Source: an uncultured virus (IMG/VR IMGVR_UViG_2061766007_000520) (lineage: Duplodnaviria; Heunggongvirae; Uroviricota; Caudoviricetes). Taken from it: DNA of 64,000 nucleotides. Below are positions 29,842 to 41,729 of this stretch, piece after piece; positions within the stretch are counted from its first letter, which is position 1; each line of letters starts with the position of its first letter. Location: the IMG/VR virus record IMGVR_UViG_2061766007_000520; one strand, written 5' to 3'. The notes under the pieces were generated by a model, which ran no database searches, was not told the origin of the DNA, and saw nothing but the letters and a program-made list of their open reading frames with translations. The position numbers and the translations under genes are program-made.

Positions 29842-32378
29842 ATTCGTCTATCTCGGCATCAATCTTTGCTACAAGGGCACAATTCCTGCGTGTACGCCAG
29901 TAGCCGATTTCTTCTTTCTTCTTATAGCTTGAAAGCGCGGGAAGTATTATGCTGTCCCATGCTTCCGCAGGACTGTAGCCGAGCACGCGGAGCAGCCTGT
30001 ATGCCGGGAAGAAGAGCCGCTGCCTGTCACCGTCAAACTTGCTGTCCGACCAGAAGCTACCGTCTATTATAGCCTCAAGTGCTACCCTGTACTCTTCTTT
30101 GGTCGGGTAGAGCGGCTTNNNNNNNNNNNNNNNNNNNNNNNNNNNNNNNNNNNNNNNNNNNNNNNNNNNNNNNNNNNNNNNNNNNNNNNNNNNNNNNNNG
30201 CTCGCCGTATACAAGCAGGCCGTAAGCCGATGTCACCCTGTCAAGCGTGAGCGGTGAGCGCGTAAGGCGTGCCGGGTCACAGCAGGATGCGTCAAACGTA
30301 AGCTTGTCCGATACGGTCGTAGCAAGATAGGCATGAAGCCATTTGTATTCGTCTATATTGGACGGAGCGTCTGCCACACGTATCATCAGATGATATGACT
30401 TGGCACCTGAATATACGATACGTGCCACTATGCCCTTCTCAAAAAGACGCTGTGATTCCACATAGGCATAGTTCAAACGTTCTTTGTACATCACGTTGGC
30501 GTTTATCTCGGAACCCTCGCCATGTGTCTCTATCCATTCTGCGGCACGCTTCTTTTCCTGCTCATACTGTATCTTTGTAGGCTCGTCAGATTCCAGTAAG
30601 AACGTGTCCATGTACTGCACGTTGGCCGTCTTGTTGCCCATGAGCGTGCTCACTCCGGGCTTCATCTCATTCACCGTCTCATAGCAGCCTTCCTTATCCG
30701 GCTTGAAGTTCTTGTTGACGCGGAGCCGTGTGCCTATGCGTGCCTGCGGCGGCTGCTTAGGCGGGACGCGCATCAGCTCTATGTGGCCTACAGGATTTTT
30801 GCGCATATCCTCAACCAAGCAGAACTTGGCTGCAGCCGCGCTCCTGTATCTGCCTGTGATGCCTGTAAAACCGCCGAGCAGGGCATCCATGTCGGATATG
30901 ATTGCTATGCCGTACTCGGCTATGAGCCACGGGCCGCAGTCATAGATACCGCGTTCCACGACAGAATGCTGGAACGGCTTGCCTGTCTGAAGCTCGCAGA
31001 ACACAAGCGGACGGCAAAGAGCAACGAACGCGCTGTGCTCTTTGAACGCGGGCATGTACTGTATGGCACCCGCAACAGGTATGATGTCACCGAGCGGAGT
31101 GCCGTCCTCAAGCTGCGTGACAAGCTGTTTCTGCTGCAAGGATGCCTTGATGAACGGAGCAACGGAGCGCATGATAGCCTCAATCTCGCTCGCCTCGGAC
31201 GTGCGCGGAAGCGTGTAGCACTTCTTGTATGCCGCCGTCTTCGGAAAGTTCCTGAGTTCGACTGCCGCGATGTCCGCGCGGGTAAACAGCTCGTGCTTGA
31301 ACTGTGCTATAAGCTCCGTATCCTCGACAAATGGTTTCCCTACACGGTTCATATTGGCATCAAAACCATACAGCTTGGTGAAAACTTCATCAGCAAGCTC
31401 AGATGTCTTGCGCGTGAAATCCGGGTCTGATTCCATAATCATAAACCTCCTTTGGTCTTCCCTTCCGTCAAACTTGATAGGGACATCCTTGTTGGTCGTC
31501 ATAATGAAGTCCGTGTAGGACTCCTGATATATCGGGTCGATGCCTTTAAGCTCCTTCCTTATTGTCGTAGCCGTGGCCCTTGATTTCAATGCCCCGGCAG
31601 GATTACGCCTGTCTTCCAGTTCCTTCTCTTCCTGACATACGATAAGGGCATCCGCGTAGTCGGCGTTGAAACGTGCCGTGGAGTCATACTGGTCGGACAC
31701 AATCACATTGTCCTTCCCGAAAAGTCCCTTGCAGATTACCTCCGCGAACGTAGTCTTGCCTGAACCCTGTGTACGTGACACGATGATAGGCACTACCTGT
31801 GTCTTGACCGTGGGATACAGCAGCTTTGCCCTGAGCCATGCGAGCAGGTGATAAGCGCACTCGCCCGCTATGTGCTCGATATATGTGTATATATGTGATG
31901 TGTCACGTCCTGTCTCTTTCGCGAACACCGGAAATGGCTTTGCTATGTTGAATGCATCTTTTTCTTCGTTATAGTATCCTGTCGGTACCGTATAATCACG
32001 GTAGTACAGCGGCTTATGCGTGCCATCCGACTGCTCTCCGGCGATGTATGCCTTGTCGTAGTAGTCAAATCCTTCCGGATGCCATCGGACAGTGGACACT
32101 TTGTTGCCGTTGCGCTGCTCATAGAACAGGATATTACCGTAATAATTCTCGAATGTACTGGGGAGCATGATTTCACCTTTATGCGACACACATAAGAATT
32201 GATGCCCCATGTTATGAAAAAGCACTTTATCAAGCCTGTGGTCATGCGCCCATGCTTCAAGCTCATCAAGGCTCTCGAAGCCCACGCCAATCTGTTGCTT
32301 CATTCCTGCAACCAAAAGGCGCGTCTGGTCTTCGGCAGATTTATATTTAAGTCCGTATACTTCGTCAAAAAGTGACAT
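29801..32378 (-). CDS. Helicase-primase: N-terminal SF3/DUF5906-type helicase and C-terminal AEP primase-polymerase (gap at 30119-30199)
   Basis: Walker A QGSGKT, Walker B IVCQEE, MTTNK and DQRRF. AEP motifs FLLESD, YSGAKSYH and D…DPARLTRSP. Confidence 0.75.
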
Positions 32379-32473
32379 GATTCCCTTCCTAAAAAGGCAG
32401 ATAGCTTCTCAAAAGTAGTGCCAGTCTTTTTGGAGAAGACTGGCAGAAACTCACAGGTGGAGAAAAAAGGGGT

Positions 32474-32758
32474 TTATCTTGACCGCTTGACAGCGATAAC
32501 AAGCTCTTCAGAAAAGAGGTAGTAGTTGTCCTCAAGCTTTATTTTGTTGTTCATAAAGTTGTAAGGGTCAACGCAGAGCACGTCACCCTCCTTAACGTAT
32601 TTTACATCAGGACCGAGCCTTTTTGCAACAAGCACATGCTTCATGCTGTCCTTGACCGAATCGGGAAGGATAATCTTGGAGTTGCTTGTATCCACAGTCT
32701 CAGCTATAATTGAATCCCTTAAAGGGAGAATGTCATTGATGTCTTCTTTCTTTTCCAT
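32474..32758 (-). CDS. GroES-like co-chaperonin
   Basis: ILPLRDSII…IILPDS…GPDVKYVKEGDVL…YYLFSEELVIAV follows the Cpn10 pattern. Confidence 0.7.
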   Translation of the reverse strand: MEKKEDINDILPLRDSIIAETVDTSNSKIILPDSVKDSMKHVLVAKRLGPDVKYVKEGDVLCVDPYNFMNNKIKLEDNYYLFSEELVIAVKRSR

Positions 32759-32759
32759 T

Positions 32760-33308
32760 TTACTTCTCCATTGTTATGTCTACTGTAGTTACTTCCTGAA
32801 AATGAACGCACTCAGGAATCTCGTCAATCGCAAACTGCTGCACGCCGGACGTAGCACCGATACCGTCTTTCAGGAAGCTCTTGAGCCTTGCCGTATTCAC
32901 CACGGTATTCTCAATGAACGGAATGCCATTCGCATTGAGCTTGTCCATGTCCTCAGCCGCTACGGTGGCATCGTGCTCCACAAGATGACCGCCGTTATGC
33001 TCACGGAGCCATGCGACAATCTTCGCCCTGTCAGCCTCATTCTTGTTAGGCTGGCAATAGAAGTTATGCTTTATGGCAAGCGTACCGCCTGAAGCAAGTG
33101 AGATTGAGTCTACGCCGCATGAATGCATTTCGCCGGGAATGACCACGTTCGCATAGTGCTCGTATTCCTTGCGTGCCCTGTCGGCCGCTTCCTCCGCGAT
33201 AATCTGCGCCTTTTTCAGCTGTTTAAGCTGCTCGCCCATTTCAGCAAGGTGCTTGAGCACCTGCTTGTCCGTTGTCTCAACGTTAAGATAATCATAATTA
33301 TCCGACAT
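32760..33308 (-). CDS. Conserved phage replication-module protein
   Basis: Coiled coil, then IPGEM…SISLASG, WLREHNGGHL and VNTARLKSFLK. Confidence 0.55.
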   Translation of the reverse strand: MSDNYDYLNVETTDKQVLKHLAEMGEQLKQLKKAQIIAEEAADRARKEYEHYANVVIPGEMHSCGVDSISLASGGTLAIKHNFYCQPNKNEADRAKIVAWLREHNGGHLVEHDATVAAEDMDKLNANGIPFIENTVVNTARLKSFLKDGIGATSGVQQFAIDEIPECVHFQEVTTVDITMEK

Positions 33309-33576
33309 TTACTGCCCCCATAGCTTTCTCCAAGATTTCTTCTTTGTTCATGTTCTTTGCCATTTCAGCAAAAGCCTGCTTCGTGACCTCGCCGCTCATC
33401 CTCGCCATGTTGCTGATAATTGCATCGCGCTGTGTCTTGCTCACTTCTTTCGGAAGCGTAGCATCGACATGCTCTATTGCTCTTATTATCTCATCGGCCT
33501 GAAGGTCAGCAACCTTATGGAACTCTTTTCGTATGTCAAGACGCTCTTCGTCTGTCATAGTGCCTCCTTAGCATGT

Positions 33577-33618
33577 ATTATACCCAAATGTATCAATATA
33601 CAAAATTATCAGGTGACA
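33577..33618 (-). promoter_or_regulatory. Middle-type promoter with an upstream TGTCACCTGATA box
   Basis: Box, 1 nt, TTTTGT, 17 nt, TATAAT; spacing identical to 29262-29303. Confidence 0.65.
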
Positions 33619-34139
33619 ACATCCTCAAACTTCTCGGCGAACTCTTTTGCCTCGCGCACAAAGAGCTTTCCGTCACGCATATAGAGCACGCACTCCGTTC
33701 CGTCCCGGCTGTTGGTACAGTCAATAACTGTACCTACCGCACGCTCGTAAATGTTCCCTGTCTTTTTGTGCCTTACTTCAGTCAGAGGCATCATGCACTG
33801 CCTGAAACCTTCCATTGCTTTTGTACCTTTTGCATAATGAAGCATGCTGAAAAGCACGCACTCTATCCTTGTCAGTATGCCTGCGTCTTTGTGCCACAGG
33901 TAATAGAGCCAGTGAAGGAACTCGTGCGTGTCCTTGTTCAACGGCAGGAACTTTGCTTCGTCCGACAGGTCCTTGTAGTATTTGTCGCGCATGTCAAGGT
34001 GATGCAGGTTCCATGTCTTAGCGAGCGGAAGCTTGGTTATCCAGTCAATGCCGTTCGCCTCCTTCTTTTTCTTCTGCCGGAACTTCTTCCATACAGAGGA
34101 CATCCTGAACTTTTTCTTCTCACCTTGCGTCATCGTCAA
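33609..34139 (-). CDS. HNH-like domain fused to a DUF1653-like domain
   Basis: WNLHHLD…LPLNKDTHEFLH followed by RHKKTGNIY…VLY…LFVRE..EFAEKF. Confidence 0.5.
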   Translation of the reverse strand: MTMTQGEKKKFRMSSVWKKFRQKKKKEANGIDWITKLPLAKTWNLHHLDMRDKYYKDLSDEAKFLPLNKDTHEFLHWLYYLWHKDAGILTRIECVLFSMLHYAKGTKAMEGFRQCMMPLTEVRHKKTGNIYERAVGTVIDCTNSRDGTECVLYMRDGKLFVREAKEFAEKFEDVVT

Positions 34140-34343
34140 GCTCCTTGAGCATTTTCTCTTTCAGCTCGTTCAGTCTTCTTGCCGCTTCCTTTCCGTTGTC
34201 GGCAAGCCATTTGAACCCCTTGCTCTGAGCATGGCACAGAGGACAGAAGAAAAGCGCGTCAAGCTCCATGCCTACAGGCAACGCCAGCAGCTCATGGCAT
34301 GAGGGGCACCTGCCCATATCCGCCTGATGCAGTATTCCATGCT

Positions 34344-34955
34344 TCATAACTGCTCCTTTTTCCCGAACGGCGTTTCGTCCATATAAGTAAACGTCTCGAA
34401 CATTGCATTACATGTATATCCTTTATCTTGCAGCTCGAACAATGTTCCACCGTTATTTATGCCATATCCTGTAATAAGGCGGCATGTCCAGTGATTCTTC
34501 TGCAGCTTCACCCATATAAGGGGCATGGTTCCTTCCGGCCTCTTCCGTGTAGCCGGAAAACGCTCTTCCACGTCAGCAAGGAACTCGTCAAAGTCCTTGT
34601 ACGGCCGCCACGTTCCTTCCGGCTTGATACGATACTTCCTGTCTGCGTGCCATTGAGGTTCCTTAACATCTTCCCATTTACCCGATAAAGGAAACCAAAG
34701 CTGTATCTGCTTGCCCTCGGCATATGCTTTCTTTTCAGCGTAGAGCGGGTCATAATATACATAGTCCCACTTAAAGCCGCGAACATCATCTATGAAACCG
34801 CCGTCAGCCACCCTGCACACAGCATGGGCAACACCCTCCCCGCAGTTCACATCAGCTTTAAGGTCATCCATGCTGTCACCAAAGAATACCTTTTTCCCGA
34901 TAAGGGAATCGCCACCTTTTGTTCTTATGAACTTAGGGTCGAACAAATCCATCAT
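34344..34955 (-). CDS. Member of the FD…LIGK…SD paralogue family
   Basis: N-terminal similarity to the ORFs at 40215, 43459, 43856 and 44295. Confidence 0.6.
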   Translation of the reverse strand: MMDLFDPKFIRTKGGDSLIGKKVFFGDSMDDLKADVNCGEGVAHAVCRVADGGFIDDVRGFKWDYVYYDPLYAEKKAYAEGKQIQLWFPLSGKWEDVKEPQWHADRKYRIKPEGTWRPYKDFDEFLADVEERFPATRKRPEGTMPLIWVKLQKNHWTCRLITGYGINNGGTLFELQDKGYTCNAMFETFTYMDETPFGKKEQL

Positions 34956-36628
34956 ACTGCCTCCTTCATGTCTTTGTCCATTATAAAATCAAGCAAGCCT
35001 TTCTTCAGGCGAAGTGCCCTGATTACCGTGTCATCCACCGGAGCACAGGAATAGTCACCGCAGATACATGCATGCTGCTGACCCATGCGGCGGGTGCGCT
35101 TCTCCGTCTGAAGCCTCACCTCAAGGTCGAAGCTGTTGCTGTAGAACAGTATCACATGCGAAATCTGAAGGTTATGCCCACGGCATATCTTGGTGCTGTT
35201 CGCAACGAGCACGTCTATCTCGCCTGCCTTGAAAGCATCGGTGCCCCCGATTACTTTCCACCCTGTATAAAGTCCTGTCCTGTAGCCTGCCTTCTCGCAC
35301 AGCTCGTAAATCTTCGCCGCCTCTGCGGAATAGCGGGTGACTATGAGAAGCGGCTTGTCACATTCCTCGACATCGCGCATCAAGGCCTCAAGCTTGGGTA
35401 TCTTGTCCCCCAGCCATACCACCTCATCAGGAAGCAGGTCGTACTCTTCGCCTAAGTCTTCCATTGCTTTTCCCACGATGAAGCCGGAGCTTATCTGCTG
35501 AAGGCGCATGCTCACCACAAGCCGTGTCTTCGCTGTGGTCATCTTGCCCTCATACTCTGCCATGAGCTGCTTTTTCATGCTGTCGTAGGCCTTCTGCTGT
35601 GCCTCGGACATGCCTACCTTACGTGTCATGTACTGCGTCTCAGGCATATCCACGACATCATCAAGCCGGAGAAAGGTGGCTGTCTTGGAGAGAAGCTGCT
35701 TCAGCTCATCCGCATGCTTGTAAGGCCCTTTGAAGCGGTCCTGATGCTTGATGACAAGATATGTTTCCTGCGAGCATCCTGTGGCGCAGGCCGCCGCGTA
35801 GTAGGAATCACAGTCGTGTATTATCTTCCATGTCCGCTCATTGAGCAGCGTGTCAATCATCCTGTCACCGTTGGGTGTCTCGACTTTAAGCTGCGTGTAC
35901 ATGCCGAAGTACGACTGAAAGGCGTAGTAGTTCCTGCGGAAATAGTTCGGGGACACGAACTCCATGATAGCCCACAGGTCAACAGGGCCGTTTGTGGCAG
36001 GCGTTCCGGTAAGCACGGCACGCGCAAGGCTGTTGCTCTTTTTCTGGTTGAACACTACGTTGTTCCTGTACCACTTGGTATTGTTGAAGCTGTAGAGCAG
36101 TCTCTTTCCCCTCTGGCTGTCGCGGTGCTTGATGCAGGTGGCCTCGTCTATCGCTATCATGCAGCTTATGCCGTTCGCCCATTCCACGACAGGCATCCAC
36201 TTGGTAGGCTGACTGAAAGTGTCTACGTTGACGAACACTACTTTGAACAAGTCCTCAGTCTGAAAAGGGTACAGCTCTTTCTGCCCGCCACGGCCGCCTA
36301 CGCACTGTGCCTCGAAGTCTATCTGAAGCTCCTGATACATCGTTCCGTCATAGTCTTTATCGACACCGTAGACTAGCTCATCAAACCACTGGCGATGAAC
36401 GTCATTCGGAGCAACCACAAGGAGAGCCTTTATCCTGCCGTTACGGAACTTTGCCTGTGCAATCTGCAGCGTGGTGAAGGATTTCCCTGTGCCCATGTCC
36501 ATGAAAAGAGGTATCACATCCTCGTCAACGTAGCGTCCGATGATGCCTTTCTGGTGCTCGAACGGCGTAAGGTCAGGCCGCGTGCTGTCATGCCTCACGA
36601 GCATAGGCTCAATCTTTGGCTTTGCCAC
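34952..36628 (-). CDS. SNF2-family (SF2) helicase
   Basis: PFEHQ, MDMGTGKS, IDEA, LTGTP…DLW, GHNLQ and Q..KRTRRMGQ. Confidence 0.85.
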   Translation of the reverse strand: MAKPKIEPMLVRHDSTRPDLTPFEHQKGIIGRYVDEDVIPLFMDMGTGKSFTTLQIAQAKFRNGRIKALLVVAPNDVHRQWFDELVYGVDKDYDGTMYQELQIDFEAQCVGGRGGQKELYPFQTEDLFKVVFVNVDTFSQPTKWMPVVEWANGISCMIAIDEATCIKHRDSQRGKRLLYSFNNTKWYRNNVVFNQKKSNSLARAVLTGTPATNGPVDLWAIMEFVSPNYFRRNYYAFQSYFGMYTQLKVETPNGDRMIDTLLNERTWKIIHDCDSYYAAACATGCSQETYLVIKHQDRFKGPYKHADELKQLLSKTATFLRLDDVVDMPETQYMTRKVGMSEAQQKAYDSMKKQLMAEYEGKMTTAKTRLVVSMRLQQISSGFIVGKAMEDLGEEYDLLPDEVVWLGDKIPKLEALMRDVEECDKPLLIVTRYSAEAAKIYELCEKAGYRTGLYTGWKVIGGTDAFKAGEIDVLVANSTKICRGHNLQISHVILFYSNSFDLEVRLQTEKRTRRMGQQHACICGDYSCAPVDDTVIRALRLKKGLLDFIMDKDMKEAV

Positions 36629-36637
36629 ATATACCTC

Positions 36638-39600
36638 CTAAGCGTACCATTTGGCAACATTATCATAAGCTTCCGCAAGGTCATCAAGCCCAAGCTGTTT
36701 CATAGTACCTATGAGAAGATTATCCGCTTCATCGTGATACTTCTCCGGGTCAGCGTCAGACATATCCGCTATCTTCTGCATTTGCTTTGTAGCTTTTTGT
36801 ATGACACGCTTTACCTTTGTCATCTGTTTGTATAAGTCATTCAGCATTTTGCTGTCTCCTTAATTTTTCTGTCTGAGATTACTTTCTGTTTGAAATAATC
36901 AAATGGAAGTTCCTTTACAATCTTCACATCTTTAAGTAACGGCTCATTATCCGCGCCATACCCAACCTCGATTCCTGTAACGACATAAATCTTTTCATTT
37001 GGGGCACAGCCACAACAGTTATCCGGGTTGTATGCTTGTGAAAAATCTCCGCCCGTAAACCGTGTCGGATGTGGGGCAACAAGCTGATATAAGCCTGTAT
37101 CAAAATTGTAGACACAATCCCATACAGAAACACCCTTTTCGTAACCTATAGCTTCATAGCCATCCCCAATACAACCATTTCCTATTTTGCTTTTTTCGTC
37201 TTTTGGGATTTCTCCAAAACGAATGTATTCTTTCATCTGTTTATTACAGAGTTCATAGATACACCTTAATTTATGCTTATAGGGTAAATCAGAATTAAGC
37301 AGCATATCTATTATATCCAGTGTCATTTTATACCCCCTTCAAGAATTGCTCTGCTTCTGCAACTAAGGCTTTTACTGTTTCTTCTGTCATTACATCATTC
37401 CATAAATGAAGTAAGTTTTTAATTATCAATACAGCTTTATCAAGCTTGTAAACTTCATCGCGTGTAACCCATCTTCCTTCATGGCTGTCTTCATAAGCAT
37501 CCTCTCCGGCATCATAATCATGCCAAACATACCCCTGCTCAAGCTTTGCACACTTTTCTTTCAGTTCTGTATTATCTTTCCGTAACTGTTCTTCAATAAT
37601 GTACTCTTTACTCAAAGCTGTTTCTTGAGCTAGTTTTATACCTTCAAGGTCTTGTATATCTGCTTCAAGCTCTTCAATATATTCAATACTTTTCTCAAGT
37701 ATAAGAACTTTTTCTTCATTTTTAATGATAGATACTCTACCAATCTTATCATACCAATGTCCAAAATCAGCAATGGTTTGTTTTAATTTTCCAATATCTT
37801 CTTTAGTCATTTTCTTTTATCTCCTAAATCTATCTCACCAAATCTTTTAATGCTTCTTCATCAGCTATATAAACCTTGATAAAGAAATCTTCATAACTTG
37901 CTAGAGACGCATACGTATTACCCAATACATCTGTAATTATTGCTCGTTCAAAACACCAATCTTCCCTGCGTTTTTCTACTTTAAGTATAAGTGAGACATT
38001 CAAGTCTATAGTTTCACTATCTTTATCAAAGACTTTAACAAACTTCATTTATGCCTCCTTTATTCCCAAACACTCTGCTACTGCACAGCGTATAGGATAT
38101 ACCTCGCAGTCAGCATCATATACTTTCTGCAGCACAGCTTTCATTTTATCGACCTGCTGCTCAAGCTCCCTGATTCTGTCCTCTTGTTTACGGAACTTCT
38201 CGCCATAGCTGTCACCGTATAAAGTAAAAGGCGCAGTCTCTTTCATTTGCCTGCCTCATCGAACTTCGGTTTTTCACGCCAAGCAATAGGTTTCTCCCAA
38301 TTCCTTAACCTGATATTATCTGCATTCGGAGAATGCTCAAACCAATGAAAGCAATCACTTTTATAAATAACAATGTGACCTTTTTCTGAAAGAACCTGTA
38401 CACCGTCTTCCGGCAAATCTCCGTCAGCAACCTTGTGCCATTCGTTAGCCTTGGCATAGCCGTATTCAATTCCTTCTTTGGCACAATTATATTCTCTATG
38501 CCACTCTCCACATCTATGATGTTTAGGACTACTGAAAGAACAATGTCCAAAACACTTAATTTCGTCACACCGCTTGTTTGCTATTTCTTCTGCTGCTTTT
38601 TCAAACATCCCTGAACCCTCCGAACATTACCCCAAAGTTTATCGTCTTCGCGAGCCTGCGCTCACTATCTGTCACGTCTTCCGGCTTCTTGCAGAACATA
38701 CGCGCGGCAGTGTCACGGTGTACGTCATGTACTTTTCTATACATATCTCTGCGTATGGCATACTCTGCCCTTAGCCAGTGATATTTGTCGAGAACGCTCG
38801 GAGGCAGATGCTCAAACTTTTTGCGTACCCACCAGTTAGCAATCCAGAAAGCATAGTCCCATGACTCATGCTGTGCTTGATTACTGATGCACAGAAGCTT
38901 TCCGTTACGGAATCTTGAAAAGAAATCCTCGACCGATTTCCTGTCATGCTTACACTGTGACAGAATCCATTTCACCTTGTTGTGGCATCCGGAGGGATTC
39001 CTGTGATGCTCGCCGTTACTCAAAGTTACTGCCATATCTACTCCTTATAAATAATCTCAGCAAAGGCCTCGTCCTCATTAAACCTTGTGACCAAATCAAG
39101 TCGCTCAATATCTTTGTCATGATTGGACGTTTCACCGAACTTTCTGACGTAAACAGAAAAATCCTCCCAACCGTCGTCAACGGCTTCCTGCAGCCTGTCC
39201 ATAAGTTCGCCTATTGTCATCTTTTCCACCCCATGCCGTCATACTTACATTTCCACTTGCCCACGAACTTGCTGTGCCTGTGGTTGAGGCACTGCATCCG
39301 TTCCCTGCTTCCCTGAGCACAGGCGAGCGTACCGTTCTTGAGGCAGTTCACGCATGTCCTCGATGGCCTTATGAATCCTACAGGCTTGTTCATAGAGCAC
39401 ACTCCACTATGTCATCACGACACTCAGGGCAAGGACACTCAGCAGGGGTACCATTTATGATTATCATTTCCAGACATGCCACACAGCAGTAGTCGTTATC
39501 CCCTACTGCATTACAGTTTACACAGTCAGTTGAACAGAGTATACTCATACAGCACCCCTTAAAAACAGCACAACCGCAGCCGCGAGCAAGCTCCCGCTCA

Positions 39601-41729
39601 GCATCAGCACATGGGTGTATAGCCTGTCGATATTATGCTCCGCCTCGGCAAGCCGTTCCTCGAACTCAAGGTCAGTCATTCTTGCCCCCTTTCTTAAAGA
39701 ACCTGTCCATGAAATGGACCTCATCTTTACCGTGCGCATCAAGGTACTCCACCACAATTCCTATAAGCAGCCCTGCAAGCATCAGCGGTGCGGCGAGTAT
39801 ACAAAGTGCTAACGTGTCTATGAAATCACGTTTTGTCATTACGCTGCAATCATTATATGTTACCCATGACCACAGCCAGAAAGACACCAGAGCACAGCTG
39901 AACCAGATAACAGCGAAAATCATTTGCTGCACCTCTGCAATGCTCTCCTGCTCTCCTGCTCCAGTTTACGGAAAGCAACCAGTACGCTGTGAGCCTTACG
40001 CCTGCATATTTTATGACACTTCATCAGATGCCGTAGCCTAGTCATTCCTTTACCTCCCTTACGTTGTCATCCGGCACTTCCACTACTACTGTGAAAGGCT
40101 GCGGTCTGTCTGTATATGCTGTGTTCTGCACCGTTTTTACCCTGTATGTCTTGCTTAACGCTACAACTATATAACTCATATCACGCTCGTTCCAAAGGTT
40201 CAAAGCTACTTCTTTCATTCCTTCACCTCCACCAACGGCTCATGCCACTCGTCTGAGTCCCACTCACGAATTCTTATACACTCATGTACTGGCTCATCAT
40301 CTTCACCCAGAGGATATTGATAATTTATACACAAATACGACTTATCCGCATAAGCAGTATACTGACCCTTGTTGTCAGCACACCACTTGGCAAGCTCACG
40401 GTTAGTGAACCGCCTTGTCTTTGGTGTGTGCTCCGCTATCCAAGCATCGCACTCTTTCTCGGTGCCCTCGAACTCCACGTAGGTATCACTGGAGTTGTCC
40501 TTGTAGAACTTACCACCCGCCATGTCGTGCACATACCATTTGTCAGGTTTCACACGGTACTTTGTATCAGGAAGCCATGAAGGGTTGACTACATCAAGCC
40601 ATTCCTCATTGTCAAAGTACTGTATCTGCTTGCCTTGCTCATGGGCAAACTTACATTCAAGATTAGGGTCATAGTATATGAACCTGTAACCTGTATGGGC
40701 ATTAGCATCCTTATAAAATGGATATGCTAATGTGTCCATATCCATGTCGTGAATACCTACTTGTAAAACAGCAATGTAGTGAGGGTCACACCGCTCTACA
40801 CGCTGCTTTAAATCAGGAACATCATCTGAAAATACACACAGCTTGCCAACCAACGACCCATCCCACACACAATGAACAAACTTCTTATCAAACTTCATAG
40901 CTTACTCCTTATTACTTTACTTGTCCTGCATCGTCAGATATATCATCCTCATGCCACCATGAACCTGTATATTCCTTCTCACTGCCAAGTGGCTTCCAAC
41001 CACTGTGCCACAGCATGTTCCTGTTTGTAGTCCTGCCATATGCCTGTATTGCATCCACTATGAACTCAGCAAGCAGATAATCAGGCGTATTGCACCAGTC
41101 ATCCCAGCCGTACTTGTTCATCAACGCTGCGAGTTCCTTAGCTACAGCCTTACGCTCTTTCACATCGTGTCTATGACTTGTATCTACATGATACTTAGAC
41201 ATATCTTCATTGTTAAGATATGCCTTTACAATGCCCAACTCGGGAGGTATCTCACCTATAATAGGCCAAGTACAGCAGCGATAAAGCATCGCAAGTAGAT
41301 TACGCGCTCTGTCAAGTTCCTGTTTCATTTCATCAGTCTCTTTATTATCAGCCATTACTTGCCTCCTGTTCTACAGTCCCTCTCCGTACTGCCAGTTCTC
41401 AACAGTTTGCCACCGCACCGTGCCCATGTGACACTCGGGGCACTCATCGCCTTCCTCAACATCGTCCTCATCAAACTCCGCGCCACAAGAGGCACATCTA
41501 AGTCTTTCCTCGTAGCTTATCCTGTCCGCAGCATACAGCATACTTACCCCCTTAACACCGTATATGTTTCCTTGCCTGTGTCCTTGTTGTGCCAGTCAAC
41601 AACGGCATCCAGAAGCAGCCTGCACCATGCAGAATCAAGAAAAGCATAGTCCTTCTGCTCCACACCGCTGCTGACTATAGCGGCACACAGCTTTATGTAG
41701 GCATAGTCAATGCCTGTTCCTGACTTCAT
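36638..41729 (-). other. Cluster of small hypothetical middle-region ORFs (e.g. 36841..37326, 37328..37810, 38243..38608, 40215..40898, 40912..41355)
   Basis: Tightly packed, co-oriented ORFs with RBSs. Confidence 0.6.
38601..39035 (-). CDS. Hypothetical protein ending in a DNA Pol I O-helix-like segment
   Basis: DVHRDTAARMF…EDVT..ERRLAKTINFGVMFG. Confidence 0.6.
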   Translation of the reverse strand: MAVTLSNGEHHRNPSGCHNKVKWILSQCKHDRKSVEDFFSRFRNGKLLCISNQAQHESWDYAFWIANWWVRKKFEHLPPSVLDKYHWLRAEYAIRRDMYRKVHDVHRDTAARMFCKKPEDVTDSERRLAKTINFGVMFGGFRDV

